DNA of 64,000 nucleotides from assembly GCA_963847185.1 (NCBI GenBank), contig CAWJYV010000007.1, positions 512,001 to 576,000 of the forward strand, given 5' to 3'. This document shows, one piece after another, positions 41,246-52,115 of the stretch; the stretch's first letter is position 1, and every line of letters starts with the position of its first letter. This stretch comes from an uncultured Methanosarcinaceae archaeon. Its GTDB lineage: Archaea > Halobacteriota > Methanosarcinia > Methanosarcinales > Methanosarcinaceae. The notes under the pieces are model-generated. The model was given only the letters and a program-made list of their open reading frames with translations. It did no database searches and had not been told where the DNA came from. A program made the translations under genes and the position numbers.

Positions 41246-42700
41246 TTATAATCTTGGAGGGGTGTACTTTTTTACAGCAGAAAGTTCGCACTTGCTGAAA
41301 CCGCCTATTATAAACATTAAGGAAATATAAACAAATACTCCCATTGCTGCTATTCCAAAGAGTCCATAGACAGTTGAAATCGAGAAGCGAGAGACAAATA
41401 GATACATCACAAAAGAGGAGAATATACTTTTTGCAATGTCATAATAATAATAATCAAACACAATGTGTTTCATAGATATATGGATACAGAGTACAATCAT
41501 TAAAAAATAGGATATTAGAGTCGATAGTGCTGCTCCGATAATGCCAATCGAAGGTATAAGCAAAATATTAAGCAGCACGTTCGAAACTGCAGCAATCACG
41601 TTGATATAAGTCGCAGATTTCGTTTCTTTTACAAGAAGCATTATATTGACAAAAATTTGAAAGATTCCTACCAATAGACCTGAGAGTGCAATAATTGGAA
41701 TTACAAGCCAGCCTGAAAGGAAATCTTGAGTCGTAAATATTCCAAGAAGAGGTTTTGCAAGAGCGGAAAGCCCAAAGACTGCAGGAATGGTAATAAGAAG
41801 GAAATATCTTAGTGAATGTGACAAGTAGGTCCTTACCTGGTCGGTTTTATTCTCATCAAACAATTTTGAGAGCTCAGGAAGGAGAATTAGCTGGAGAGGG
41901 CTTACAAAAAGCTGGATAAGGCTTCCTATTGAATAAGCTGCTGAATATACACCCATACTTCCCAGGCCGAGAAAATATGTAACCAGATATCTATCGCTTG
42001 ATTCCGTAACCCATCTCACAAGAGCACTGGGGGTTAAGGGAAGAGAAAACTGCAGGTATTCCTTTATGTAAGTAAATCGAGGAATAACAAATCCTATCTG
42101 TGACACGATCAACAGAAGAGATATTAAAATAATGATGCTCTGCACCAATAATGTGGCTGTAATCACGCCAAGAAGCCCGTATCCCATTTTGAGGAGAATT
42201 ACAATTAAGAATAACTTCCCAAAAGTCTCAAAAAGAGTAAAATAAGAGAATTTTTTTATCTGTCTGAATGCTCTGAAATAATAAAGAGATATAGGCTCGA
42301 TTACATTCAAGAGAATCAAAAGGGAGCCTGCCTTGATAAAATAAGTTGCCTCGGGATCCCTGAAGCCGAAAGTTGCAAGAGGCTCTGCAAATGTATACAG
42401 AAATAGAGAAGCCAGAATGCCGGAGATTGTCACAAAGAAAAGAATTGAATAAACGGCTTCTTTTATTGTTTTCTCTTCTGTTTCAGAAGATAGAAACCTG
42501 ACGAAGCCCATTGAAAGACCCATAAGTGCAATAGAAGAGATTAAAGATACCGTAATATTGATCTGTGCCCAGAGCCCGTAATCATAAGTCCCAAGGGTTT
42601 TTGTGATAATTGGAAGTAAAAAAAAAGTGCCCAGACTCGTAAGTATCTGAACTGCTCCAATGAAACCAACATCCCTTGCAAACTTTTGATATGACATCAT
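41246..42700 (-). CDS. Polysaccharide flippase (Wzx/MOP family)
   Basis: About 14 TM; PIITKTLG...YG, DRYLVTYFLG, GVYSAAY. Confidence 0.88.
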   Translation of the reverse strand: MMSYQKFARDVGFIGAVQILTSLGTFFLLPIITKTLGTYDYGLWAQINITVSLISSIALMGLSMGFVRFLSSETEEKTIKEAVYSILFFVTISGILASLFLYTFAEPLATFGFRDPEATYFIKAGSLLILLNVIEPISLYYFRAFRQIKKFSYFTLFETFGKLFLIVILLKMGYGLLGVITATLLVQSIIILISLLLIVSQIGFVIPRFTYIKEYLQFSLPLTPSALVRWVTESSDRYLVTYFLGLGSMGVYSAAYSIGSLIQLFVSPLQLILLPELSKLFDENKTDQVRTYLSHSLRYFLLITIPAVFGLSALAKPLLGIFTTQDFLSGWLVIPIIALSGLLVGIFQIFVNIMLLVKETKSATYINVIAAVSNVLLNILLIPSIGIIGAALSTLISYFLMIVLCIHISMKHIVFDYYYYDIAKSIFSSFVMYLFVSRFSISTVYGLFGIAAMGVFVYISLMFIIGGFSKCELSAVKKYTPPRL

Positions 42701-42919
42701 ATCTCCTTAAAAATAATTTTACATTTATGATTCCCTGAAAAATTGCGAAAACAATTTCACGAAAGCTTATTGTGTGAGTTAATTTCATTACAACCCAAAA
42801 ACAGGTGTTTAAGTTTTTTAGGCAATGATTTTTTAATAAGGTTCTTTCTCCTTAGCAGTTCTATTATATACACATTATAAGAGTAGTGTTTTTTTATGTA
42901 AGTAGGCGTAAATTCCTAT

Positions 42920-43141
42920 TCAGGCGGCTCGGAAGTATATACACATATTCAGCGTTAACTTTAAGTTTTTTTCGGTAGCGTTATCTTCAACAAAATTCAT
43001 GATCTGGCTCGGCGCAGTAAGAGATTCATACAAGGGATAAAAGTCTTTGTGTTCAGGTAATTTTTTATAAAAGTTTCTCACGCATGTAAATTCTTCTCTT
43101 GAAAAGGCAAAACAGAGTATGTAAGGAAGAACAGAAATCAA
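42920..43141 (-). other. Short ORF, possibly a C-terminal fragment of a transposase or other gene
   Basis: 73 aa with no clear RBS, isolated in an AT-rich gap; family not recognisable with certainty. Confidence 0.25.
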
Positions 43142-43453
43142 ATATAATTGGAAAATTCTACAAAATAGAACGATATAATTAAGAGCTTAACACAAATGAT
43201 TAACATAAAATATGAAATCTATTCTTATTTTGAAATTGGATTTTTCGTAAATGATAAGATGCTTCGTATCTGGAAATAATTAAACTTGAATCGGAAAAGA
43301 GAATAGAAATTGTTAATACATTCATTTTAAAGGATTCCTTTACAAGAAAGTCTTACTATATACCTCCTAAAAATGAGATTTTCCCATAAATCCAGTGAGT
43401 AAAGGTTTGATAATTTTCTGGAATTATGGAAGATCTCTTTTAAAAATCCAATC

Positions 43454-46400
43454 TTATCTGTAAGTTAAACTCAACTTTGGCATTAGACTAGCGTTTCCAC
43501 AATCTGAACTGTAGAATGCGATATAATTGTTGTTTTCATTTCTGGCTTTTATAAGGAAGCCTGTGTTTGCGTACTTTCCGGTTGCATATTCATTTACAAG
43601 ATCAGTTACGTCAAGCTCACAGTATTTTTTGTTTGCTAAAGTACTGGCTTTAAAAGTTAGCGTGGCATACGGAGTACTTCCATGTAAAACTCCGTTTTTA
43701 TCATACCAGTCTCCTCCAGGCTTGTTCCAGGGAATCCCACTGTCTTTTCTGTTCCAGCTCACATAACTGGAATTCCAGGAGGAAGCAGGCCTATAAACCT
43801 CAATAACAGTATCATTTTGCCGGACGCTATTTGGATAATACCAGAAGAGGGAAAGAGCAGCATTGCTCACTTCTGTTGCGCCTTTATATTTGCTGAGGTC
43901 AAACAGTATTAGATCCCTATACTTGCTACTGCCAAGTCCTCCAACATCGAGAAATACCTTACTCGAAAAGATGGTCCCAGGAGACGATTCGCGAATAAGA
44001 TTATCTTTTGCGCCGGTAAGGGTTGCGTTTACAACCGGGTTAGAAGTTACTTTTTTGGTGACATCAAGCTTCGGAACTTTGCTTGAGTTTCCAAAATCTG
44101 AACTGTAGAAAGCAACGTAATTGTTGTTTTCAGTTCTAGCTTTAATCAGGAAACCCGTGTTTGGATATTTCCCGCTAACATACTCCTTTACAAGGTCAGT
44201 TACGTTTAGCTGGTAATATCTGTTACCTGGCAAACTGCTGGCTTTCAGGGTTAAAGTGGCATATGGAGTGCTGCCCTGCAAAATCCTGTTTTTATCATAC
44301 CAGTCTCCGCCGTTTTTATTCCAGGCAATACCGTTATCTCTCTTATTCCAGCTCACATAACCGGGATTCCAGGCTGAAGCGGGTCTATAGATTTCAATAA
44401 CAGTATCATTTAGTCTCGAATTGAGTGGATAATACCACCACAGAGAGAGGGTAACGTTACTGATTTCGTCTTCACTGGTGTATTCGCTCACATTAAACCA
44501 TATCATGTCTCTGAAATTGCCAGAACTGCTCGTTCCTCCTACACCAATGTACGAGTCTTTCTGAAAGATACCAGTAGGGGAATACTCACAAAGGCGGTTG
44601 TCATACACCTTTCCAGAAAGACTCATAGAGTTGTCATTCTCTATCACACTTATGCTTATAATCTCCGAATCACTGGAACTACCATCACTTGCCTTAAAAG
44701 TTACTTCATAAGTTCCTTTTTGTCCGGTAGTAGGAGCCCAGCTGAAGAATCCCGATTTGTTGTTCAGAGATGCACCTGTAGGAAGGCCTGAAGCAGAGTA
44801 AGTAAGGCTGTCTCCATCAGCATCAGAAGCTTTCACCGTAAAATTAAGATTTTCTCCTATTTTTACTGTAGAATTTGAAATGGAAGTAATTACTGGAGCA
44901 TTATTCTTCGATACATTTGATTTTGATGCATAAATTGTATTTCCATATCTTCCGATGTTGATTCTGTTCCCATTGTCTTCAGGTTCATTTGAATAATCAG
45001 AAGAAAGATATCCTGCATCAATGCATGGAGAGCTTACACTGTCCTTTACCCACGTTTTTCCGTTCCAGCGGCCTGCTGCTGACTTCAGATGATAGTCATG
45101 GTTTTTCCGGTTTACAAAAAGTGGGTCTACGTAAATATCTGTTGTCGATGTACAGTTTTTATATTTGCCTGCTGAATTATTGTAAAGGCAGTTATTTTGA
45201 ATCTCAAACTTATGTGTGCTAGGAAGGTTATTAATCACTCCATATCCTCCGCTAGGGTCTGCTTTACACTTAAGAGTGTTTACAATTATGTTGTTGCGAA
45301 TTATAGTTACGTATCCGCCTTTCGGAGAATAAATAGAGGAATAACCAGGCATATACATGTGGATAATGGCAGCATTGTATGCACCGTCAAAGACATTGTT
45401 TTCAATGGTCGTGTTATTGAATCCTCCTGCTAAGATTCCTCCTATCCATGCAATTCCAGAGTTAGTGCCGGTATTGTAGAAAATGTTATGATGGATGTAG
45501 ACATCTTTACCCTGGTCTCTGGTAGTAGAAGAAGTATCATAATTGAAAATCCAGATTCCAGGACCATATGTGTTGTTGAAAGTATTATTGTAGATCTCGA
45601 TATTATCCATAATAGCTGAACTTTTTTCTATCTGAATACCTGGTCCACCAGTACTCATATAGTAGAAAGAATCCATTTCGTTGTCATGGAACTTTACATA
45701 ATTTGAGTTCCAGGCTCTAAGACCACTATTGGTCCTGCAGGTGATGGTATTATTCCAGGCTTCTATATTATTACACTCAATTGCAAACAGACCATCGTGG
45801 CCCAGTTTTGAAATTCTGTTGTTGTAAAACTGAATGTTTTGGCTATTTCTTATTCTTAGTCCGTCCCCATGTCCATCATGCATGTACATATTGTATACTT
45901 TTACGTTATTACAACGTATGAAGTAAATTATGTTGTAGTACCCTTTACCCTTAGAAATTCCGGAGTTCCCATCGTGATTTACATTAACTTCAAAACCCCT
46001 TACTGTGATGTTATTATTTCCTGCGCTGCTCATCTGCTGAATAAGAGGTTTCATAGTAGCCCAGCCCGCATTATTGGCAAGCTTTATCACAGCATTAGAG
46101 TCTCCTTCAAGAATTGTGTTGCTGCCAATTAAAAGAGTATCGTCAATAATATAGGTAAAAGGTCCTTTAAGGTGGACAGTTGTATAACTTGGATTTTCTG
46201 CAACAAACTTTAAAGCCTGGTTAATCTGTAAGTGGTCATCTTTTCCGTCGCAGTTAAAATCCCCACTTCCATCTCCTGCAACATAAACTGTCGGTGCGGG
46301 ACTTCTGCATGAAACAGCAGGAACACTTACAAGAATAAGGCAACCTACTAAAAAGAGGATTCCGAATTCCTTTTTCATCATTGATATCACCTGGAAGTAA

Positions 46401-46543
46401 TCAGATAAAAAACAGTTATACTTTTCTTCAGACAGAGTGTGTTGCGGTGATCCTCTTCTGTCTCTAAAAAAATTTACATACATTGTCAAAGATTTTAATT
46501 GATTTGTTAATTTGTTTCCCACAAAACGGATCGAATTTTGCAA
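43454..46543 (-). CDS. Secreted disaggregatase-related protein: parallel beta-helix, Ig-like domain and two DNRLRE-type repeats
   Basis: Signal-like segment from ATG 46381; VAGDGSGDFNCDG, beta-helix repeats, DADGDSLTYSASGLPTGA, DNRLCE and DNLIRE repeats. Confidence 0.85.
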   Translation of the reverse strand: MQNSIRFVGNKLTNQLKSLTMYVNFFRDRRGSPQHTLSEEKYNCFLSDYFQVISMMKKEFGILFLVGCLILVSVPAVSCRSPAPTVYVAGDGSGDFNCDGKDDHLQINQALKFVAENPSYTTVHLKGPFTYIIDDTLLIGSNTILEGDSNAVIKLANNAGWATMKPLIQQMSSAGNNNITVRGFEVNVNHDGNSGISKGKGYYNIIYFIRCNNVKVYNMYMHDGHGDGLRIRNSQNIQFYNNRISKLGHDGLFAIECNNIEAWNNTITCRTNSGLRAWNSNYVKFHDNEMDSFYYMSTGGPGIQIEKSSAIMDNIEIYNNTFNNTYGPGIWIFNYDTSSTTRDQGKDVYIHHNIFYNTGTNSGIAWIGGILAGGFNNTTIENNVFDGAYNAAIIHMYMPGYSSIYSPKGGYVTIIRNNIIVNTLKCKADPSGGYGVINNLPSTHKFEIQNNCLYNNSAGKYKNCTSTTDIYVDPLFVNRKNHDYHLKSAAGRWNGKTWVKDSVSSPCIDAGYLSSDYSNEPEDNGNRINIGRYGNTIYASKSNVSKNNAPVITSISNSTVKIGENLNFTVKASDADGDSLTYSASGLPTGASLNNKSGFFSWAPTTGQKGTYEVTFKASDGSSSDSEIISISVIENDNSMSLSGKVYDNRLCEYSPTGIFQKDSYIGVGGTSSSGNFRDMIWFNVSEYTSEDEISNVTLSLWWYYPLNSRLNDTVIEIYRPASAWNPGYVSWNKRDNGIAWNKNGGDWYDKNRILQGSTPYATLTLKASSLPGNRYYQLNVTDLVKEYVSGKYPNTGFLIKARTENNNYVAFYSSDFGNSSKVPKLDVTKKVTSNPVVNATLTGAKDNLIRESSPGTIFSSKVFLDVGGLGSSKYRDLILFDLSKYKGATEVSNAALSLFWYYPNSVRQNDTVIEVYRPASSWNSSYVSWNRKDSGIPWNKPGGDWYDKNGVLHGSTPYATLTFKASTLANKKYCELDVTDLVNEYATGKYANTGFLIKARNENNNYIAFYSSDCGNASLMPKLSLTYR

Positions 46544-46756
46544 ATAGTATCCACTCCCCGAAATTGAAGATTATAGATCTAACTACAGAGAAATTCCCAG
46601 TCACAGAGGATATTGATATTACAATTACAACAAAATATTTCAAACAAGTTTTCCCTGTATCTCAGGTCAATTTCTCAAATTTGTACTAATCCCCCTGGAA
46701 GCGTGAGGAATATATGTGTAGTTAATCTCTAATTATATTTCTATAGTCATTACCAT

Positions 46757-46782
46757 ATTAGATCATTATATTATAAAAGTAT
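46757..46782 (-). promoter_or_regulatory. Putative TATA-box block, identical to 49127-49152
   Basis: 26-bp exact match ATTAGATCATTATATTATAAAAGTAT upstream of both paralogues; reads TTTATAATA on the minus strand. Confidence 0.6.
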
Positions 46783-47299
46783 TTACGCAATAATCTTAAA
46801 TTTATTTCTAAGTATTTGGAAAATATGGGGGCCACAGTAGATTTTTTGGAATAAAAACTTAAATATGGATAGATTTTATTTAATTTCAGTATAAATTAAT
46901 TTTCAAATAAATATTCAAATTTTCCTAAAGATTATTTATCTGAAAACTGGAGAAAAATCTTAGTATCGCGTCAATCCTGAAGGATTCAACGATTCAGATT
47001 GTCTTAACCGATTTTATATGTCCTTTTACTATTTACGTGACATTAGCCTTTATTTTTGTCTCGATATAGAATCAAATAATTCGAATAGACCTATAATTAT
47101 TAGAATCAGAATACTAGACTAAGTTGAACAAAAAATAGAAGATTAGATCAAGTTGAATAAGAAATATAAAGAGACTCCCAAATCTTCAAAAGTAAAAATC
47201 TATGGAAGTTAAACCTTTGCCTTTGTGTAGGCTACTCCCATATGTGTCACAATTTTGGAAATATGATCTACTGAAGGTACAGACCAGAAATTAGTTGTT

Positions 47300-48943
47300 T
47301 CAACTTTTTGATTTTGATGCATATATAGTATTTCCATATCTCCCTATATTTATCCTATTGCCGTTATTTTCAGGTTCCTTTGAATAATTTGAAGAGGGAT
47401 ACCCTTTATCAATACATGGGGAGCTCACTTTATCTTTAACCCAGGTTTTGCCATTCCAGCGTCCTGCTATCGACTGCAGATGGTAATCGTGGTTTTTCTG
47501 GTTTGCAAATAGAGGATTTACGTAAATATCAGTTGTCGATGTGCAGCTTTTATAGTTGCCTCCTGTGTTATTATAAAGGCAATTATTTTGCAGCACAAAT
47601 TTATGGTTCTTAGTTAGCTCATTGACCGCTCCATTCCCTGTTCCGCTAGGACTTTTTATACGCTTCTTCGTGTTTACAATTATATTGTTACGCAAAATTG
47701 TTGTGTATCCTGTTTTTGATGTATAATTTGGAGAATAACCACTGGGATACGTGTGAACAACTGCAGCGTTGTATACCCCGTCAAAAACATTGTTTTCTAT
47801 TAGAGTGTCGTGGAATCCACTCAATATAATGCCCCCTACCCAGGTAATTCCGGTATTAGTGCCCGTGCCATAGAAAATATTGTGATGAATTTTGATATTT
47901 TTGCCCTGTTCTTTTGTGGTAGAAGAGGTATCATAGTTGAACATCCAGATCCCAGGACCATAAGTATCATAAAGCGTATTATTGTATACTTCTAGAGTAT
48001 CCATAACGCCGCTACTTTTTTCTATTTGTATGGCTGCTCCGCCTGTACACCGGTAGTAAGAAGATTCAATCACATTATCGTGAACTTTTACTTTATTAGA
48101 GTTCCATATCCTTATTCCGCTGTTAGTTCTGCAGGTTATTCTGTTATTCCAAGCCTCTACATTCTTACACTCGCTTGCAAACAGGCCGTCATGTCCAAGT
48201 TTAGAGATTTTATTGTTGTAGAATCGAACGTTTTCACCGTACTTTACTCTCAGCCCATCACCATGCCCATCGTGCATGTACATATTGTATACTTTTATAT
48301 TATTAGAGTGAGTAAAATACATTATATTGTAATACCCTTTACCCAGGGAAATCCCGGGGTTCCCAGCATAGTTTACGTTAACTTCGAAACCCCTTACCGT
48401 GATGTTATTATTTCCTGCGCTGTTCATCTGGCGTATAAGGGGTTTCATCGTAGCCCAGCGTGCATTATTGACAAGCTTTATCACAGCAGTCGAGTCTCCT
48501 TCAAGAATTGTATTGCTTCCGATTAAAAGAGTCTCGTCAATAACATAGGTAAATGGTCCCTTCAGGTGAACGGTTGTGTATGCAGAGTTTGACGCAACAA
48601 ATTTTAAAGCCTGGTTAATCTGTACGTGGTCGTCTTTCCCGTCGCAGTTAAAATCTCCACTCCCATCTCCTGCAACATAAATTGTTGGTGCGGGACTTCT
48701 GCATGAAGCAGCAGGAATACTTGCAAGAATAAGGCAACCTGCCATGAAAAGGATTAGGAACCCTCTTTTTATCATTGATATAATTTGAGAGTTATAATCA
48801 AAAAACTCGCTTTCATATTTCTTAGATAAATATTTATGTGGTAATGTATTCACATCTTCACAAAATTTCAGGTCCGCATTAAAAAGTTTAAATAGGTTTA
48901 TTATTCTGTATCTGGTGTAAATACTATATACTCCCGAATGCAA
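47300..48943 (-). CDS. Secreted disaggregatase-related beta-helix protein (no C-terminal repeats)
   Basis: Closely similar to the N-terminal ~545 aa of 43454-46543; signal-like segment from ATG 48775. Confidence 0.85.
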   Translation of the reverse strand: MHSGVYSIYTRYRIINLFKLFNADLKFCEDVNTLPHKYLSKKYESEFFDYNSQIISMIKRGFLILFMAGCLILASIPAASCRSPAPTIYVAGDGSGDFNCDGKDDHVQINQALKFVASNSAYTTVHLKGPFTYVIDETLLIGSNTILEGDSTAVIKLVNNARWATMKPLIRQMNSAGNNNITVRGFEVNVNYAGNPGISLGKGYYNIMYFTHSNNIKVYNMYMHDGHGDGLRVKYGENVRFYNNKISKLGHDGLFASECKNVEAWNNRITCRTNSGIRIWNSNKVKVHDNVIESSYYRCTGGAAIQIEKSSGVMDTLEVYNNTLYDTYGPGIWMFNYDTSSTTKEQGKNIKIHHNIFYGTGTNTGITWVGGIILSGFHDTLIENNVFDGVYNAAVVHTYPSGYSPNYTSKTGYTTILRNNIIVNTKKRIKSPSGTGNGAVNELTKNHKFVLQNNCLYNNTGGNYKSCTSTTDIYVNPLFANQKNHDYHLQSIAGRWNGKTWVKDKVSSPCIDKGYPSSNYSKEPENNGNRINIGRYGNTIYASKSKS

Positions 48944-49126
48944 ATCGTATCCACTCTCCGAAGTTCAAGACTATAGAATACCTCTGAGAAATTCTCTGCA
49001 CAAGAGGCTAATGAATCACAAATATGCGACTCAGGTAGCTTCTCGAATTCTCATAATCCCCCCGGCGAAACATGAGAAATTAATTACTTCTCTATTTCTA
49101 ATTTAATTTCTACAGTCTACATTGTA

Positions 49127-49152
49127 ATTAGATCATTATATTATAAAAGTAT
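49127..49152 (-). promoter_or_regulatory. Putative TATA-box block, identical to 46757-46782
   Basis: Exact 26-bp match to the block upstream of the paralogue. Confidence 0.6.
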
Positions 49153-49274
49153 ATATGCAGTATTTTTGAACCTGCAAATATTTTATATCCTTAAATGAAA
49201 AAAATAGTAATATAAAGTCCCTTTTAACTGTTATAAAGTCTCTATTAACTGTTTACATTTTTGTTAGAATAATG

Positions 49275-50459
49275 TCAGATTATATCGTTGCATATGTCCA
49301 GAATTTTTCTTGCGACACCATTCCAGCTATGATTTTTAAGGACATATTTGCGACCTTTCTCTCCCATAAGAGTTCTAGTATTTTTATCTGAAATCAATTT
49401 TACTACGGCAGCCGCAAGTTCTTTGGGATTCTCAGGAGTTACTGAGATGCCTCCTCCTGAAGATTCAATCAAATCTTTAACTCCGGGAATACTGCTTGCT
49501 ACTATAGGTTTTCCACAGGCAAGGTATTCATAAGTTTTCAAGGCTGAAAGTCCTATTTTCGAGTTTCTTTCCATAATAAAAGGAGCAACGCAAATATCAG
49601 ATGCGTTAATGTACAGGGGGACACTTTCGTAAGGGACTCTTCCAGTAAAAATGAATTTATCTGAAAGCCCCAATTTGGAAGCCATTTCTATTAATCTGTC
49701 CTTCATAACTCCGTCTCCAACAACAAGAAAACGAACATCGGGACATTTCTCCAGAATTAAAGGTGAAGCATGAATCAAAAACTCAACTCCCTGCCAGCCA
49801 GCAAGATGCCCAACAAAGCATACGTATCTTTTTGAGTCTTCCAGCCCAATTTTGGCTTTTATCTGTTTCTGATCCATAGGCTTGAACAGATCGGTATTTG
49901 CTCCATTATTAATAACAAAGATTTTTTCCTGAGGAACAGAGTAAAACCTTACAAGTTCATCTTTGAGTTTATCCGTGACAGAAACTATCCTGTCGCAATA
50001 TCTGTAATTCAGTTTTTCGGAACTGAGTGCCAGATAAGAAAAAACTCTATATGCAAATGATTTTGAGTCTGGGTTTACCTTTAACTCGTCTAAAACCAGC
50101 CCGTTAACCTCTACAATTGAAGGAATTTTCAAAATCTTGCACAGAATTATTGGAAAGAAAGGAAAGGAATTCTGGCGGAGATAAAGTACGTCAGGTCTCT
50201 TTGTTATACATGAATACAAAAGGTAAAAAGAAAGCATGAATTCATACGAAGGCTGTACAAGATATTTGTTGTCAATTACAGGCACGTATTTTATTCCGGT
50301 AAGAGAACGATTCGCACTCTTCTGGCCAGGTGCGAAAAGAACAATATTTGTATATTTCTTCAAGTTTCCAAGGAGCTCAAGGATGTGTACGTTCGAACCG
50401 GATTTAGTATTGAAAGAGCCGTAATAAACCAGGAAAATATTATTTACTTTTTTAGACAT
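49275..50459 (-). CDS. Glycosyltransferase family 4 (paralogue of 31502-32740)
   Basis: NNGANTDLFKP, FVGHLAGWQG, LKTYEYLACGKPIVAS. Confidence 0.9.
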   Translation of the reverse strand: MSKKVNNIFLVYYGSFNTKSGSNVHILELLGNLKKYTNIVLFAPGQKSANRSLTGIKYVPVIDNKYLVQPSYEFMLSFYLLYSCITKRPDVLYLRQNSFPFFPIILCKILKIPSIVEVNGLVLDELKVNPDSKSFAYRVFSYLALSSEKLNYRYCDRIVSVTDKLKDELVRFYSVPQEKIFVINNGANTDLFKPMDQKQIKAKIGLEDSKRYVCFVGHLAGWQGVEFLIHASPLILEKCPDVRFLVVGDGVMKDRLIEMASKLGLSDKFIFTGRVPYESVPLYINASDICVAPFIMERNSKIGLSALKTYEYLACGKPIVASSIPGVKDLIESSGGGISVTPENPKELAAAVVKLISDKNTRTLMGEKGRKYVLKNHSWNGVARKILDICNDII

Positions 50460-50660
50460 GATTGTCGTTACCAGAATAGTGAAAGTAGTTAATTAGTTTA
50501 TCCCATAACTCTGGTTATTATTTTCAAAGAGTTATAAATATGCTTTTTAACATTAATCCGATGACTGAAAATTCAATACTTTTTTAGGAGAGGTATTTAT
50601 AGGATTAATTCTCTCCTTTGTCTGTTTTTGAGACCTCAAATTCAAAAAAGGTAAAAAGTT

Positions 50661-51863
50661 ATGAGAGTACTGGAAGTATGTCAGGAATTTCCTAACAGGT
50701 ATTATCCTCAACTCGGGACATTCATAAAACAAAGTATTGATTCAATTGCAGATCAGAGTATAGACGTTACTGTCATTTCTCCAAAGCCTTTCGTGCTCCC
50801 TTTTTCCATGTTTCCATATCACAATTTTTGCAAGTTGCCACATCTTGAGCACACTGAGAAATATGATCTTCATTATCCACGCTATGTTTATACTGTTCCT
50901 AAAAAGTATTTTTATCCAATAACCGGAACTTCCTATTCTCACTTTGTCTCCAAATATGCAATCAAACATATAAACCCAGAACCAGATCTTATCCATGCAC
51001 ACTTTTCATATCCTGATGGTTATGGGATGATGGGATTAGCAAAGAAATGGAAGGTCCCACTAGTTATAAGTGCACTTGGAACAATAGAACGAAAAGTTGC
51101 CTATGAAGGCTCCCATACTTCAAAGAAGATTATAGAAGCTATGAATTTCGCAGATAAGATTCTTTCTGTCAGTGAAGACCTCAAGCTTCACATCATGAAT
51201 TTGGGGGTGCCTGAAAATAAAGTCCATGTGGTTCCAAATGGTGTTGACACTGAGAAGTTCAAGTCTGTCGGCAAGGAATATGCAAGGAACCTGTTAAATC
51301 TGCCTCAGGATAAGAATATTGTTTTATTTGTAGGGGCCCTTAGAAAAATAAAAGGAGTGGACTACCTGATAGAGGCTGCAAAAAACTTTGTGGATATTGA
51401 TACTGAGCTTTATATGGTAGGCAGAGATGACGGATTGGGAAAAAGTCTGGAAAAAAGGGCACGAGAGCTTAAAATCACCAATTCCATTAAATACACTGGA
51501 CCCGTAAATCACGATGATATCCCTCTGTGGATCTCAGCTTCGGATATTCTTGTGTTGCCTTCCCTTTCGGAGGGGAGGCCAAATGTAGTGCTCGAGGCTC
51601 TTTCCTGTGAAGTACCTGTTGTAGCAACAGATGTGGGTGGAATTCCGGAACTAATGGTCGATGGGGAAACAGGCTATCTCGTACCTGCAAAAAACCCTGT
51701 GGAGTTAGCTGAAAAAATTAATAAGCTTTTAGAAGACGAAAGTAAGAGAGAAAAGATGGGGCAGTTTGGGCGTAAAAGCATAATCCAGAGAGGTTTGACA
51801 TGGGAAGCTCATGCAAAAAAAACTGTGGATATATATTCAAAGCTTTTGCAGAAGACAAAGTGA
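50661..51863 (+). CDS. Glycosyltransferase family 4 (TuaC-like)
   Basis: IHAHFSYPDG, EGRPNVVLEALSC, VGGIPE. Confidence 0.9.
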   Translation: MRVLEVCQEFPNRYYPQLGTFIKQSIDSIADQSIDVTVISPKPFVLPFSMFPYHNFCKLPHLEHTEKYDLHYPRYVYTVPKKYFYPITGTSYSHFVSKYAIKHINPEPDLIHAHFSYPDGYGMMGLAKKWKVPLVISALGTIERKVAYEGSHTSKKIIEAMNFADKILSVSEDLKLHIMNLGVPENKVHVVPNGVDTEKFKSVGKEYARNLLNLPQDKNIVLFVGALRKIKGVDYLIEAAKNFVDIDTELYMVGRDDGLGKSLEKRARELKITNSIKYTGPVNHDDIPLWISASDILVLPSLSEGRPNVVLEALSCEVPVVATDVGGIPELMVDGETGYLVPAKNPVELAEKINKLLEDESKREKMGQFGRKSIIQRGLTWEAHAKKTVDIYSKLLQKTK

Positions 51864-51901
51864 TTTTATAAATTTTTACTATTTTATTATATTGGGAGCT
51901 C

Positions 51902-52052
51902 CGAGGTCATGAATACCTGACCTTTTAGGTCAAGAGTGAGGGAACCCTCGACTCTTATTTAGTTTTTTAAACCTTCCTGTCTTTTCTTCTTTGTAAATAG
52001 GCTTGTTATCATCTAATTCGTCTGGAACGCAACATACATTATGAAGATCCTG
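51902..52052 (+). mobile_element. Probable IS200/IS605 left-end relic with a decayed tnpA fragment
   Basis: Subterminal hairpin TGACC-TTTTA-GGTCA inside CGAGG...CCTCG; downstream YHL/VWNATYIMKIL resembles TnpA YHxVWxxKYRxKIL. Confidence 0.45.
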
Positions 52053-52115
52053 TTTTTTCGATACTAAACTATTCACAAGAAACCATGCAAGTTGTCCAAA
52101 TAATTATTTCTGGTC

